Position numbers and translations under genes: made by a program. Source: Clostridia bacterium (GTDB lineage Bacteria; Bacillota; Clostridia; Oscillospirales; CAG-272). From it: a DNA stretch of 64,000 nt. This document shows, one piece after another, positions 1 through 9,441 of the stretch. The stretch is taken from positions 564 through 64,563 of the forward strand of contig JAFTXE010000018.1 of NCBI GenBank assembly GCA_017461745.1. Direction: 5' to 3'. The notes beneath the pieces are model-generated. The model saw nothing but the letters and a program-made list of their open reading frames with translations, ran no database searches and was not told the DNA's origin. How positions within the stretch are numbered: position 1 is the stretch's first letter; every line of letters begins with the position of its first letter.

Positions 1-126
1 TTATGTTATATTGCTCTATGCGAAAAAAATAATCCAACTCTTTGCGAACCATCGGGGCTTGAACCCTCGACAATAACAAAGAGATTGATTCACTATTTTT
101 AATAGTTTCTATCAACTAACGTGATA

Positions 127-155
127 TTGCAAAAATATTGTCAGTTTGTTATAAT
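127..155 (+). promoter_or_regulatory. sigma-A-type promoter TTGCAA-17-TATAAT
   Basis: -35 at 127..132, 17-nt spacer, -10 TATAAT at 150..155, 48 nt upstream of ATG 203. Confidence 0.5.
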
Positions 156-202
156 ATCATTAGAAGGGCGCCACTTCAAATTTTTGAATAGAGGTATTTT
201 GC

Positions 203-1339
203 ATGAATTTGAATTTTTCTGAAAATTTTAAGCAACTGAGAAAGGAAAAGGGATATACCCAGGAAAAAATTGCTGAAGTTCTCGGTGTAACGGGGCAAAC
301 TATTTCCCGCTGGGAGCTGGGAATGTGTTATCCTGACATCGAACTCTTGCCGTCTATTGCAAATTATTTTGGGGTTACGGTAGATATTTTGCTTTCCAAT
401 GATAATAATTCCAAGGAGAAGGATCGCGAGCTTTTTTATGAAAAATTGGATACGCTTGAGTGCTCAAACAGCACGGAACGAATTGATTTTGTTAAGGAGT
501 ATTGTCGCAAATACCCCGAAAATGACGAATATGCATTTCAACTGATTCGTTCTATTGATTATTATGCGTGTGGCAACGAGGAAAGATGTGCAAGATTTAT
601 GCCGATTTTGTTGAAAACGGCAGAGAAATTGATGGATACGCAGTACCGTCATGCTGTGATTCAAGAAATGGCAATGCTTTGTGCAGAGGAAGAGCTGGAT
701 ACGTGGCTGAATATGGTGCCGTACGCGGGAGGCTTTAGCAGACGCGACTGTCTGATCTCAAGAGTCGCGGCGCGCGGAGATTTTCAAAATTCCTATGTCC
801 AGAAAGGCTTGAACATGATAGAGACCTTGGCGAGCCAATTGGATAAGCGCTGTCCCGATCAACTTGGTTCAAAGAAGAAAGCGATCTATCAAAGGGAAGT
901 GTTGCAAGTCATTGAATCTTTCGGTTGCAACGGAGAAGTGCCCGACGGCTGGAAAATGTTCTATGCCTATAAGCAGCTCGTTCTTGCCGCGTGCTTGTTT
1001 GGTCAGAAAAGACATGACGAGGCGTGGGCAGAATTCGATTCCGCTATTGAAAAATGCAAATATATTTTTTCGCTTGATGCAGAATGGTTGCCGATCGGCG
1101 GAATGCTTTTTTCAAATTTGAAAGTGAGCAAGGATTGGAACTATGCCGTGGATGAGGAAGGACGTAAGCATAAGCTTTTCAGAATGATCCGACTGTCATT
1201 TTATCACATTTCGACGATTTGTGATCTTTTGACAAATGAAAGATGGGCATGGTTCAATTCGGTTCGAGACACCGAAAAATTCCAAGCCGCTGTAGAATGG
1301 GCAAGGGAAATGGAAAAGACGCAAGAAATTGAGTTGTAA
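203..1339 (+). CDS. XRE-family HTH transcriptional regulator with long C-terminal helical (TPR-like) domain
   Basis: 378 aa; N-terminus LRKEKGYTQEKIAEVLGVTGQTISRWE is a canonical Cro/C1-type HTH; AGAGG RBS. Confidence 0.75.
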   Translation: MNLNFSENFKQLRKEKGYTQEKIAEVLGVTGQTISRWELGMCYPDIELLPSIANYFGVTVDILLSNDNNSKEKDRELFYEKLDTLECSNSTERIDFVKEYCRKYPENDEYAFQLIRSIDYYACGNEERCARFMPILLKTAEKLMDTQYRHAVIQEMAMLCAEEELDTWLNMVPYAGGFSRRDCLISRVAARGDFQNSYVQKGLNMIETLASQLDKRCPDQLGSKKKAIYQREVLQVIESFGCNGEVPDGWKMFYAYKQLVLAACLFGQKRHDEAWAEFDSAIEKCKYIFSLDAEWLPIGGMLFSNLKVSKDWNYAVDEEGRKHKLFRMIRLSFYHISTICDLLTNERWAWFNSVRDTEKFQAAVEWAREMEKTQEIEL

Positions 1340-1357
1340 TTTTGTTCTGTAACCACA

Positions 1358-1423
1358 GCACCTTTAGCTCAGTTGGTAGAGCAACTGACTTGGGTCACGG
1401 GTTCGAACACTCACGGTGCACCA
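1358..1423 (+). pseudogene. degenerate tRNA-like remnant (about 66 nt, anticodon arm missing)
   Basis: GCACCTT-TA-GCTCAGTTGGTAGAGC D-arm and ...GGTTCGAAC...GGTGCACCA 3' end are tRNA-like, but anticodon and T stems do not pair and about 10 nt are missing. Confidence 0.4.
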
Positions 1424-1517
1424 ATGCCGCACAAAATGTGCGTGATTGCTTGGATTTTATTATAAATGTTGATGTGAAATCAACAGATATAGAAAAAAGT
1501 AAAAAGCAAAAAAAGAA

Positions 1518-1592
1518 GAGCATATCTGAAAAATCTGATAAAATGTTAAGTGACAAAACATTATCGGATGATTCGGATATGCTCAATTTTTT
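1518..1592 (+). terminator. long hairpin plus T-run
   Basis: GAGCATATC (1518..1526) pairs with GATATGCTC (1576..1584), inner AATGTT/AACATT pairing, followed by AATTTTTT. Confidence 0.4.
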
Positions 1593-1828
1593 ATTCCGTG
1601 TGTGAGCATTCCACTCAATTGCGGTTATTTGATATAAAATAAATTGTGCTTTTTTGAGGAGTGGATTTTATCTTAGAAACTTTTCATTTGTTACAGATCA
1701 ACTCAAAAAACTCATATAATAATTAACAAAGCGTCATATAATTATTTTGTCCCGAATATTTTTTACGCGAAACGGTAAAAATCATTCGTATATATTTAAA
1801 CGTTTATATTGAATATTAAGGAGAGAAT

Positions 1829-2986
1829 ATGCAAAAAGCTTCCGCAAGCCGCACCTTTATTATTGCTTTTTCAATATTTATCGGTGTATTGATAATTATA
1901 AATCTTTCGGAATTTCTGAGAATTTTCGGTATTGCAATCGGAATAATTCTTCCTCTCCTTGCGGGGCTATGCATCGCTTTCGTACTTAATATACCTCTCA
2001 GTCTTATTGAAAAGCTTTGGGATAAAATAGATCGTCACAGCGCGCGCCGCTCTCATGCCGTTGCCAAGCGAGCCGTTTCTCTGTCTCTATGCTTTATCGG
2101 TATTCTGGGAATACTGACAGCGCTTTTATTGATAGCCACTCCCTATGTCAAAGCGTCGTTCGAGGCGCTTGTTGACTTGCTGCCTCAATTTCTTGACGAG
2201 ATTGAGAACTTCTGGCAGAATATTTCCAATCGTCTTGCCGAGTATTCCATAGCTTTGCCTGCAATTGAGCTTGACAGCGAGAAAATAATGTCGGGGCTCA
2301 GCAAATACTTCTCCTCGGGCTCATCTTCCTTTATAGATACTTCACTTAACATAGTCACTTCGGTTGCGTCGGGTATTTTCGATACTGTATTGGCTATCGT
2401 CATTTCCATATACGTTCTTGCGAAAAAAGAACGTCTCCGCGCGCAAGCCAAAAGAATACTGCGCGCTTTTTTGTCCGACAAGCATTATGAGCTATCGCTG
2501 AGAATTGCCTCGCTGTCTGCGTCCACCTTTGCAAGATTTCTCTCGGGACAGCTTGCGGAAGCAGCTATTCTCGGTATGCTTTGCCTTGCCGGAATGCTCA
2601 TATTCGGCTTTCCCTTTGCTCCCTTGATATCTCTCATAGTAGGTATAACCGCGCTCATTCCCATATTCGGCGCATTCATCGGTATTGCAATAGGAGCGTT
2701 TCTTATTCTCCTTAACAGTCCTATACAGGCGCTGTGGTTTCTGATATTCATAACGGTGCTTCAGCAAATTGAAGGAAATCTGATATATCCTCGGGTCGTT
2801 GGAAGGTCGGTGGGGCTACCTGCTCTTTGGGTGCTTATCGCGGTAACCGTAGGCAGTTCGTTCGGTATCGTGGGTATGCTTATATGTGTTCCGCTCGTTT
2901 CTATACTGTATTGCCTCGTTGGTCAGCTCGTTAGCGCAAGGCTTGAAGAAAAAATGAAAACGCTTCAAAATAAACAAAAAGACTAA
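1829..2986 (+). CDS. AI-2E family transporter (PerM/UPF0118-like permease)
   Basis: 385 aa polytopic membrane protein; QQIEGNLIYPRVVGRSVGLPALWVLIAV motif typical of the family; GGAGAG RBS. Confidence 0.8.
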   Translation: MQKASASRTFIIAFSIFIGVLIIINLSEFLRIFGIAIGIILPLLAGLCIAFVLNIPLSLIEKLWDKIDRHSARRSHAVAKRAVSLSLCFIGILGILTALLLIATPYVKASFEALVDLLPQFLDEIENFWQNISNRLAEYSIALPAIELDSEKIMSGLSKYFSSGSSSFIDTSLNIVTSVASGIFDTVLAIVISIYVLAKKERLRAQAKRILRAFLSDKHYELSLRIASLSASTFARFLSGQLAEAAILGMLCLAGMLIFGFPFAPLISLIVGITALIPIFGAFIGIAIGAFLILLNSPIQALWFLIFITVLQQIEGNLIYPRVVGRSVGLPALWVLIAVTVGSSFGIVGMLICVPLVSILYCLVGQLVSARLEEKMKTLQNKQKD

Positions 2987-3049
2987 AAGATACGGTTTAG
3001 TGCGCTTTGACCACACTTTTTTATGGCAAAATGACGAAAATCAAAAAAC

Positions 3050-3081
3050 TTGTTGACAAGTCAACAAAAGTGTGGTAATAT
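3050..3081 (+). promoter_or_regulatory. promoter overlapped by perfect palindrome TTGTTGAC-AA-GTCAACAA (candidate MarR operator)
   Basis: 8-bp inverted arms at 3050..3067 contain -35 TTGACA (3053..3058); -10 TAATAT at 3076..3081; directly upstream of the MarR gene. Confidence 0.5.
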
Positions 3082-3114
3082 ATAATCAAGTACGTTTCAA
3101 AAGGAGGTATAACT

Positions 3115-3561
3115 GTGGAGCAGGACAGGCTGGACAATTTTATGACGCTCATAGTCAGTGCTTCAAGAAGTATTACGAAATTAAAAAGCAGATACATGGC
3201 ACATTACGGCTTAGGCAGTACACACACCATTTGTATACGCAAGCTATTTTTTTCAAATGACGGTCTTACCCGCACTCAGCTCGCAGACCAATGTGAGCTT
3301 GATAAGGCGCAGATATCAAGAATAATAAACGAGCTATCGGAAAAAGGCTTCGTTACCGAAGGCAAAGGAGGCTCTAACTACAAAAAGAAGGTCGTTCTCA
3401 CCGACATGGGGAAAAAAACAGCGCGTGAGATAAACGATACGGTGCTTACGATAAACAGCTTCGTGAGCGAAAAAATTTCACATGAGGATATCAATGTTTT
3501 TTACTCTGTTTTCGGCGAAATATGTGAAAATTTGAAGGTCGCCGAGGATAAATTCAAATAA
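3115..3561 (+). CDS. MarR family transcriptional regulator
   Basis: 148 aa, GTG start after AAGGAGG; winged-helix segment LTRTQLADQCELDKAQISRIINELSEKGFV. Confidence 0.8.
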   Translation: MEQDRLDNFMTLIVSASRSITKLKSRYMAHYGLGSTHTICIRKLFFSNDGLTRTQLADQCELDKAQISRIINELSEKGFVTEGKGGSNYKKKVVLTDMGKKTAREINDTVLTINSFVSEKISHEDINVFYSVFGEICENLKVAEDKFK

Positions 3562-3591
3562 TTTACAATTAAAATAAGAAAGGAAAATATT

Positions 3592-5340
3592 ATGGCAACG
3601 AATGAAAAAATAACTATGGACGGTAACGTTAAGCTTATAACCAGACCTAAAACGGATAGATTGTATGAAAGAGTTCTTGACGCTTACGACCTTTGTAGAA
3701 TACTTGCAAAGCACGGCGACAAGACGGCGTTTACCTACTACGACAAGAGCAAAAAGCTCTATAGCATTTCCTACGTAAGATTCTACAACAGAATTGTAAG
3801 AACTGCGGCAGGACTTGTAAAGCACGGTCTCGCGGGCAAAAAGATAGCTCTTATCGGAGAGACGTCTACCTCTTGGCTGGCTTCTTATCTCGCAGTGCTC
3901 GTTACGGGCGGTATAGTTATCCCCATGGATAAGGAGCTTGATATTAAGGCTATCGTCGGACTCCTTGACAGCGTTGACGCTGACGCTATAATCTACGCCG
4001 ATCATTTCAATGGCAAGCTGGCTGGCGCTTTCGGAGAAAATTCCACTGTCAAGACCTTCCTTCCCATTGACCCCGATGAAGCAGAGCTTAAAAGGGAAGG
4101 CGTTATTCCATACAGAACGCTCAGAGCGGACGGAAAGGCTGACGTTGACGCGGGACTTTTCAAGCTTTCTCCCAAGCAGGATAGAGAAAAACTGTCCGAG
4201 ATGCTGTTTACCTCGGGTACTACGGGTACGAGCAAGTGCGTAATGCTCTGTCAGAAAAACGTATTCTCCGTCGTAACCTCAGCTTGTGAGTCGGTTGACT
4301 TTAATCCTAACGACGTTCTCGTTTCCGTTCTCCCCGTTCACCACACCTACGAGCTTGCGGTGCTTCTTGCGGCTATGGATTACGGCACGCATATCTGCAT
4401 AAACGACTCGCTGACTAAGGTTCTCAAGAATTTCCAAACCTTTAAGCCCACGGGACTCGTTCTCGTTCCTCTCTTCGTATACACCATGTACAAGAAGATT
4501 TGGGCTGAGGCAAAGAAAACGGGTAGAGACAAAAAGCTTAAGCTCGGTCTTTCCGCATCGAACGCGCTCAGAAAGGTTGGCATAGACAAGCGTGCCGAGC
4601 TGTTCAAGGACGTAACTAATGCCTTCGGCGGCAGACTTGAAAAGATAATCTGCGGCGGCGCGGCGCTCAATCCCAAGATGATAGAATTCTTCGGAGATAT
4701 CGGTATAAATATCTACGAGGGCTTCGGTATCACCGAATGCGCTCCTCTTACCTTCGTTTCACCTTACTACGCTCAGAAGGTCGGCTCTGTAGGTCCTGCC
4801 GTTCCTTGCTGTCAGGGACGCATTGACGGCGAGGCGTTTGGACCTCACGGATATATCGAGGGCGAAATTCAGATAAAGGGCGACAACGTAATGCTCGGCT
4901 ACTACAACAACCCCGCGGCTACTGCCGATGCCTTTACTGAGGACGGCTGGTTCAGAACGGGTGATATGGGATATATGGACAAGGACGGATATTTCTATAT
5001 TACGGGTAGACTTAAGTCGGTCATCGTTCTTGAAAACGGAAAGAATATCTTCCCTGAGGAGATAGAGGAATATCTCGCGGATATCGAGCTTATTGCTGAA
5101 AGCGTAGTCGTCGGCAGACAAAACGGTTCTACGGTAAATCTCGTGGCTATCGTTTATCCCGACCTTACAAAGTTCGCTCCCAATCAGAGCGAGAGCGAAA
5201 TACTTGAAGCTATCGAAAAGGCTATCAATCAGATGAATAAGCGTCTGCCTTCTCACAAGCAGATAAAAAAGGTCGAGCTTCGCGATACAGAGTTCGAAAA
5301 GACTACCTCTAAGAAGATAAAGAGACATCTTGTAAAGTAA
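3592..5340 (+). CDS. AMP-forming long-chain acyl-CoA synthetase
   Basis: 582 aa; AMP-binding motifs LFTSGTTGTSKCVML and GWFRTGDMGYMDKDGYFYITGRLK. Confidence 0.85.
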   Translation: MATNEKITMDGNVKLITRPKTDRLYERVLDAYDLCRILAKHGDKTAFTYYDKSKKLYSISYVRFYNRIVRTAAGLVKHGLAGKKIALIGETSTSWLASYLAVLVTGGIVIPMDKELDIKAIVGLLDSVDADAIIYADHFNGKLAGAFGENSTVKTFLPIDPDEAELKREGVIPYRTLRADGKADVDAGLFKLSPKQDREKLSEMLFTSGTTGTSKCVMLCQKNVFSVVTSACESVDFNPNDVLVSVLPVHHTYELAVLLAAMDYGTHICINDSLTKVLKNFQTFKPTGLVLVPLFVYTMYKKIWAEAKKTGRDKKLKLGLSASNALRKVGIDKRAELFKDVTNAFGGRLEKIICGGAALNPKMIEFFGDIGINIYEGFGITECAPLTFVSPYYAQKVGSVGPAVPCCQGRIDGEAFGPHGYIEGEIQIKGDNVMLGYYNNPAATADAFTEDGWFRTGDMGYMDKDGYFYITGRLKSVIVLENGKNIFPEEIEEYLADIELIAESVVVGRQNGSTVNLVAIVYPDLTKFAPNQSESEILEAIEKAINQMNKRLPSHKQIKKVELRDTEFEKTTSKKIKRHLVK

Positions 5341-5354
5341 TTTGTAATATATCA

Positions 5355-5383
5355 TTGACAAATTACGCGAAAAGATGTATAAT
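5355..5383 (+). promoter_or_regulatory. consensus promoter TTGACA-17-TATAAT
   Basis: -35 at 5355..5360, -10 at 5378..5383, upstream of the DegV gene. Confidence 0.55.
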
Positions 5384-5443
5384 AGTATTTGATACTACAT
5401 TTAAAGTTTTGATGTACCGCAAAGGTACGGAAAGGAATATTAC

Positions 5444-6304
5444 GTGCGTGATTATGTAATTCTTACAGACTCGGGAACAGACTTGAGTCCCCAGATGGCT
5501 AAAGAGCTTGATATTAAAATTCTTGACCTCTTGGTTATAATGGAGGGTGACCCCACTCCAAAGCCCAATTCGGAGGTTGATACCAAGGAGTTTTATAAAT
5601 TCCTTCGCACAAAGAAGGGCGCGACGACTTCGGCTATAAATCCCGAGACCTTTGCTGATGAAATGGATAAAATTCTATCCGAGGGAAAGGACGTTTTATA
5701 TCTCGGCTTCTCCTCGGGTCTGAGCAATACCTACAATGCTGGCAGAATTGCCGCTGAGGAAATGGCTCATAAATATCCCGATGCCAAGGTTTACGCTTGC
5801 GATACGCTTTGCGCGTCTCTCGGTCAGGGTATGCTCGTTTATCTTGCAGCTAAGAAGAGACTTGCGGGAGCTACTATCGACGAGGTTCGCGACTACGTTG
5901 AGGCTACGAAGCTTCACCTCTGTCATTGGTTCACCGTTGACGACCTTATGTTTCTGAAGCGCGGCGGTAGAGTAAGCGCTACCACGGCGGCTGTGGGTAC
6001 GATGCTCGGCATTAAGCCCGTTATGCACGTTGACAACGAGGGACACCTTATTAAGATGGGTACGGCAAGAGGTAGAAAGGCTTCCATTGACGCTATCTTT
6101 GAAAAGACCAAGGCTACTATCGTCGAAAAGGATACCATGTTTATCTGTCACGGCGATTGCATCGAGGACGCAAACTATCTTGCCGAGCGCGCTAAGAATG
6201 AGCTTGGTTTAAAGGAAGTCATCATTGACTACACGGGCGTTGTTATCGGCTCTCACTCGGGGCCCGGAACACTCGCTATATTCTACATTGGAACTGAGAG
6301 GTAA
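5444..6304 (+). CDS. DegV family fatty-acid-binding protein (FakB-like)
   Basis: 286 aa, GTG start; YVILTDSGTDL N-terminus and overall DegV pattern. Confidence 0.85.
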   Translation: MRDYVILTDSGTDLSPQMAKELDIKILDLLVIMEGDPTPKPNSEVDTKEFYKFLRTKKGATTSAINPETFADEMDKILSEGKDVLYLGFSSGLSNTYNAGRIAAEEMAHKYPDAKVYACDTLCASLGQGMLVYLAAKKRLAGATIDEVRDYVEATKLHLCHWFTVDDLMFLKRGGRVSATTAAVGTMLGIKPVMHVDNEGHLIKMGTARGRKASIDAIFEKTKATIVEKDTMFICHGDCIEDANYLAERAKNELGLKEVIIDYTGVVIGSHSGPGTLAIFYIGTER

Positions 6305-6309
6305 TTGAT

Positions 6310-7962
6310 ATGAAGCTTGACGGACCGTCCCTATACGCACTGTTTATTTCGGCGTCCAACGCTCTGGATAACAACAAGACCGCTATAAACAACATGAACG
6401 TATTTCCCGTTCCCGACGGAGATACGGGTATAAATATGTCGCTGACGCTTGACGCGGTAAGAAAGCTCGACGAAACCTACGTTCAGCAGAACGTTTCCGA
6501 GCTGTCAAAGAAAATTGCATCTCTCATTCTCCGCGCCGCAAGAGGCAACTCGGGCGCTATCCTCTCCCTTTTCTTCAGAGGTATGTCTAAGGCTTTCTGC
6601 GATTGCGAGGAAATAGATACCTCTGACGTTGCAAGAGCCTTCAGAAGAGGTACTGAGGAGGCTTACAGAGCCGTTATGAATCCTACCGAGGGTACTATTC
6701 TTACGGTTATGAGACGCTGCGCTGAGGAGGCTGAGGCGGCTGTTGCCGAGGGCAGATTTGCCAGCGACGACGTACGCGGACTTTTCTCACATATAGTTGA
6801 CGTCGGTGAGGAGGCGCTCGCTCATACCCCCGACCAGCTCCCGATTCTTAAAGAGGTCAACGTTGTTGACGCGGGCGGATACGGCTTTATGACTGCTCTC
6901 AACGGTATGCTTGCCGCTCTTAACGGAAATCCCGTTGCGAGAAACGATAACGACGTAGCAACAAAGGAAGCGGATTTCTCCACCTTTGATACCGAAAGCA
7001 TTACTTTCCCTTACTGTACCGAATGTATCGTTGAAAAATACGACGAGTTCAAGGGGGAGGACAAGGCTGAGGAATTCCACCGCTTCGTCGGCGGAATCGG
7101 AGACAGCGTTGTATTTGCCGAGGACGACACCATAATCAAGGTTCACGTTCATACCGACCACCCGGGCGCTGTTCTTGAAAACGCGGTCAAATTCGGTATG
7201 CTTGCTACCGTTAAGATAGAAAACATGAGAATTCAGCACTCCGCTATAGTTTCCGACAAGCAGGAGGTAAAGAAGGAGCAGGCTCCCGAAATTGCCGCTC
7301 CCGAAAATCCTTTCGGATTTGTAAGCGTTTGTATGGGTGCGGGAATAAGAGATACCTTTAAGGACCTCGGCGTTGACAACATAATCTACGGCGGTCAGAC
7401 AATGAACCCCAGCACGCAGGACATAATCGACGGAGTTAATAAAACTCCCGCAGAGGTAGTTTTCATTCTTCCCAACAATAAGAATATCTATCTTGTCGCG
7501 GTTCAGGCGTCCAAGCTGATAAAGGACAAGAAGGTCGTAGTTCTCGGAACGAGAAGCGTTCCTCAGGGAATTTCCGCTATGCTCGCATTTGACCCCGACG
7601 GCGACGTTGACGCAAATACCGCCGCTATGGAAGAGGCGGCTAAGGCTGTGGTAAGTATGTCGGTTACCCATGCGGTAAGAGACACCACTATTGACGGTGA
7701 AAAGATAGAAAACGGACAGATGATAGGAATGGTTGACGGAAGTATTGATTGCGTTGCGAATACTCCCGAGGAGTGCCTTTCCAAGCTTACGGCAAAGATG
7801 GATGGCGCAAGCTATATTACCCTCTTCTGCGGCGAGGAGGTAAACGAGGAGCAGTCCGCAATGGCTGAGCAGATTATACGCGATAACGTTCCTACCGCTG
7901 AAATCGTAGCCATTCAAGGCGGTCAGCCCATATACAGCTACATTATTTCGGTAGAAAAATAA
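6310..7962 (+). CDS. DAK2 domain protein (YloV/FakA-like fatty acid kinase subunit)
   Basis: 550 aa; FPVPDGDTGINM Dak2 phosphate-binding motif; starts 5 nt after the DegV stop. Confidence 0.8.
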   Translation: MKLDGPSLYALFISASNALDNNKTAINNMNVFPVPDGDTGINMSLTLDAVRKLDETYVQQNVSELSKKIASLILRAARGNSGAILSLFFRGMSKAFCDCEEIDTSDVARAFRRGTEEAYRAVMNPTEGTILTVMRRCAEEAEAAVAEGRFASDDVRGLFSHIVDVGEEALAHTPDQLPILKEVNVVDAGGYGFMTALNGMLAALNGNPVARNDNDVATKEADFSTFDTESITFPYCTECIVEKYDEFKGEDKAEEFHRFVGGIGDSVVFAEDDTIIKVHVHTDHPGAVLENAVKFGMLATVKIENMRIQHSAIVSDKQEVKKEQAPEIAAPENPFGFVSVCMGAGIRDTFKDLGVDNIIYGGQTMNPSTQDIIDGVNKTPAEVVFILPNNKNIYLVAVQASKLIKDKKVVVLGTRSVPQGISAMLAFDPDGDVDANTAAMEEAAKAVVSMSVTHAVRDTTIDGEKIENGQMIGMVDGSIDCVANTPEECLSKLTAKMDGASYITLFCGEEVNEEQSAMAEQIIRDNVPTAEIVAIQGGQPIYSYIISVEK

Positions 7963-7978
7963 TCAAGAAAAACATATT

Positions 7979-8008
7979 GCCGTGGATTGCTCGAAAGCAA
8001 TCCGCGGC
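7979..8008 (+). terminator. rho-independent terminator
   Basis: GCCGTGGATTGC/GCAATCCGCGGC 12-bp stem followed by T-rich tract. Confidence 0.6.
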
Positions 8009-8148
8009 AATTTATTATTTGTGGGGAAGACTAACCGAGATATCTTGTGTAACCATATCGGAAAATCATAATTTGATGTACCTATGATTGTTTTACGCAC
8101 GCAGTATAAGTGTACAAGTGATAAAAAATAAAATAATACTATTTTTTG

Positions 8149-8177
8149 TTGACAAACGCAACAATTAGGTGTATAAT
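8149..8177 (+). promoter_or_regulatory. consensus promoter TTGACA-17-TATAAT
   Basis: -35 at 8149..8154, -10 at 8172..8177. Confidence 0.55.
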
Positions 8178-8231
8178 ATTATGTGAGGTAAGATGCTTTA
8201 CCTCGAAAAATTACATATAAGGAGTTTTACA

Positions 8232-8495
8232 ATGGACGCATTGAAGAAGATCTTTCCTCTGTCCTTTAAGTACACAAAGGACGTACCTAACCTTATTATA
8301 GGTATTATTCTTCAGATTCTTGCAATAGCTGTAATGGCAGTGCTTATTTGGTTAGCAACCGCTATTGTTGGTTGGATTCCCGTTATCGGCGCCATTATCG
8401 GTTGGGCTCTTGGAATAGTTTCCTCCCTTCTCGGTCTTTACTGCCTTGTAGGAATCATTATCCAGATTCTTGTATTTGCTAAGGTTATAAAGTAA
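8232..8495 (+). CDS. small hydrophobic membrane protein
   Basis: 87 aa from the ATG preceded by AAGGAG (the ORF-track start 8193 lacks an RBS); two predicted TM helices rich in I/G/A. Confidence 0.5.
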   Translation: MDALKKIFPLSFKYTKDVPNLIIGIILQILAIAVMAVLIWLATAIVGWIPVIGAIIGWALGIVSSLLGLYCLVGIIIQILVFAKVIK

Positions 8496-8510
8496 GATAC
8501 GTATGAAATA

Positions 8511-8544
8511 CAAAGGACACCTGACAATGTTCGGGTGTCCTTTG
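8511..8544. terminator. bidirectional terminator hairpin
   Basis: CAAAGGACACC/GGTGTCCTTTG stem between convergent genes. Confidence 0.55.
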
Positions 8545-8556
8545 TGTTGGGTTCAG

Positions 8557-9000
8557 CTATTTGTAATCTCCGTACCTTTTCATTCCGATGAATTTTATAT
8601 CGTCATGCTTGATAACAGATATTAAGTCGATTATCCAAATGCCGTAAATTACACCGGATAATATAATAAATGAAATGAAGTCTTCAGAAGTTTCTAAATC
8701 TCCAATGAATGAGAAAATACAAAACATTAATGGTTTTAATATAATAAGGTCAAATAGTCCAAATAAAAATCCTATTGTTGTATTACCGCCAATACGATAT
8801 AAACTACCATACAAATCAAATAAAAGCGTAAAAATTATTTTGTTCTTTTTGCTCATATTTCTCATTCGTTCTCCCATTTTTTCACGTGCAGTGGGGGCTG
8901 TAGAGGGTTCAGAATCAGATGATTCGTACGGTTTCTTTTCCTTAACTGTATATGTATCACTTATACTGTTATACTCTATCTCATACTCCCTTTCGCTCAT
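8557..9000 (-). CDS. hypothetical membrane protein
   Basis: 147 aa from MSEREYEI (the upstream part of the ORF overlaps the preceding gene); acidic N-terminus then 3 hydrophobic segments; AT-rich codons. Confidence 0.45.
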   Translation of the reverse strand: MSEREYEIEYNSISDTYTVKEKKPYESSDSEPSTAPTAREKMGERMRNMSKKNKIIFTLLFDLYGSLYRIGGNTTIGFLFGLFDLIILKPLMFCIFSFIGDLETSEDFISFIILSGVIYGIWIIDLISVIKHDDIKFIGMKRYGDYK

Positions 9001-9013
9001 AGATAAATCCTTT

Positions 9014-9319
9014 CTATTTTCTAAAAACAGGTGTTTTTTCGATCTTTTGACATTCTTCAATATAAATTTTTCGTGCACAACGTCTTTGATGACCTATTGA
9101 ATATGGCCAACTTAATAAAGCTATTAACATAGGTATCCAACAAACAATCAGTCCGATTACTGTACCAGCCATACTAAGTCCCAAAACAAAGCAATTGCTA
9201 CGAAATTGCCCCAATGCTGCACCTTGCTTTTTAGCAAGAGTATTATAATATGCCTCATCGTATTTTGGAAATTTGCGTTCCTCCAAAGCGTTATGTATTG
9301 TTTTTTCTTCGAATTTCAT
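9014..9319 (-). CDS. hypothetical small membrane protein
   Basis: 101 aa, GGAGG RBS; two central hydrophobic helices. Confidence 0.45.
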   Translation of the reverse strand: MKFEEKTIHNALEERKFPKYDEAYYNTLAKKQGAALGQFRSNCFVLGLSMAGTVIGLIVCWIPMLIALLSWPYSIGHQRRCARKIYIEECQKIEKTPVFRK

Positions 9320-9342
9320 GTTAATACCTCCTTATGTACTAT

Positions 9343-9371
9343 ATTATACACCTAAAGATTAAATTTATCAA
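9343..9371 (-). promoter_or_regulatory. promoter TTGATA-17-TGTATAAT (minus strand)
   Basis: Reverse complement of 9343..9371 reads TTGATAAATTTAATCTTTAGGTGTATAAT; drives the 9319..8557 gene pair. Confidence 0.5.
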
Positions 9372-9441
9372 CCCATAGATGATTAAAAAATGCTTTGAAA
9401 TTTAATATAATTATTCTATAGGTTAATTCGGAGGTGTAAAA

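Noticed and set aside
1-120. Partial palindrome AATCCAACTCTTTG...CAAAGAGATTGATT at the window start
   Set aside because: It is cut by the window edge and imperfect. It shares only 10 nt (AATCCAACTC) with the hairpin at 31575, which is too little to interpret.
1342-1605. 87-aa ORF overlapping the tRNA-like remnant
   Set aside because: It has a TTG start and no RBS, it translates the tRNA-like sequence and an A-rich tract, and it is not credible as a gene.
6787-7917. 376-aa minus-strand ORF
   Set aside because: It is antisense to the DAK2/FakA-like gene with the same shadow-ORF behaviour. Similar cases are 3478..4005, 4759..5361, 17263..17973, 58697..59569 and 32495..33322.
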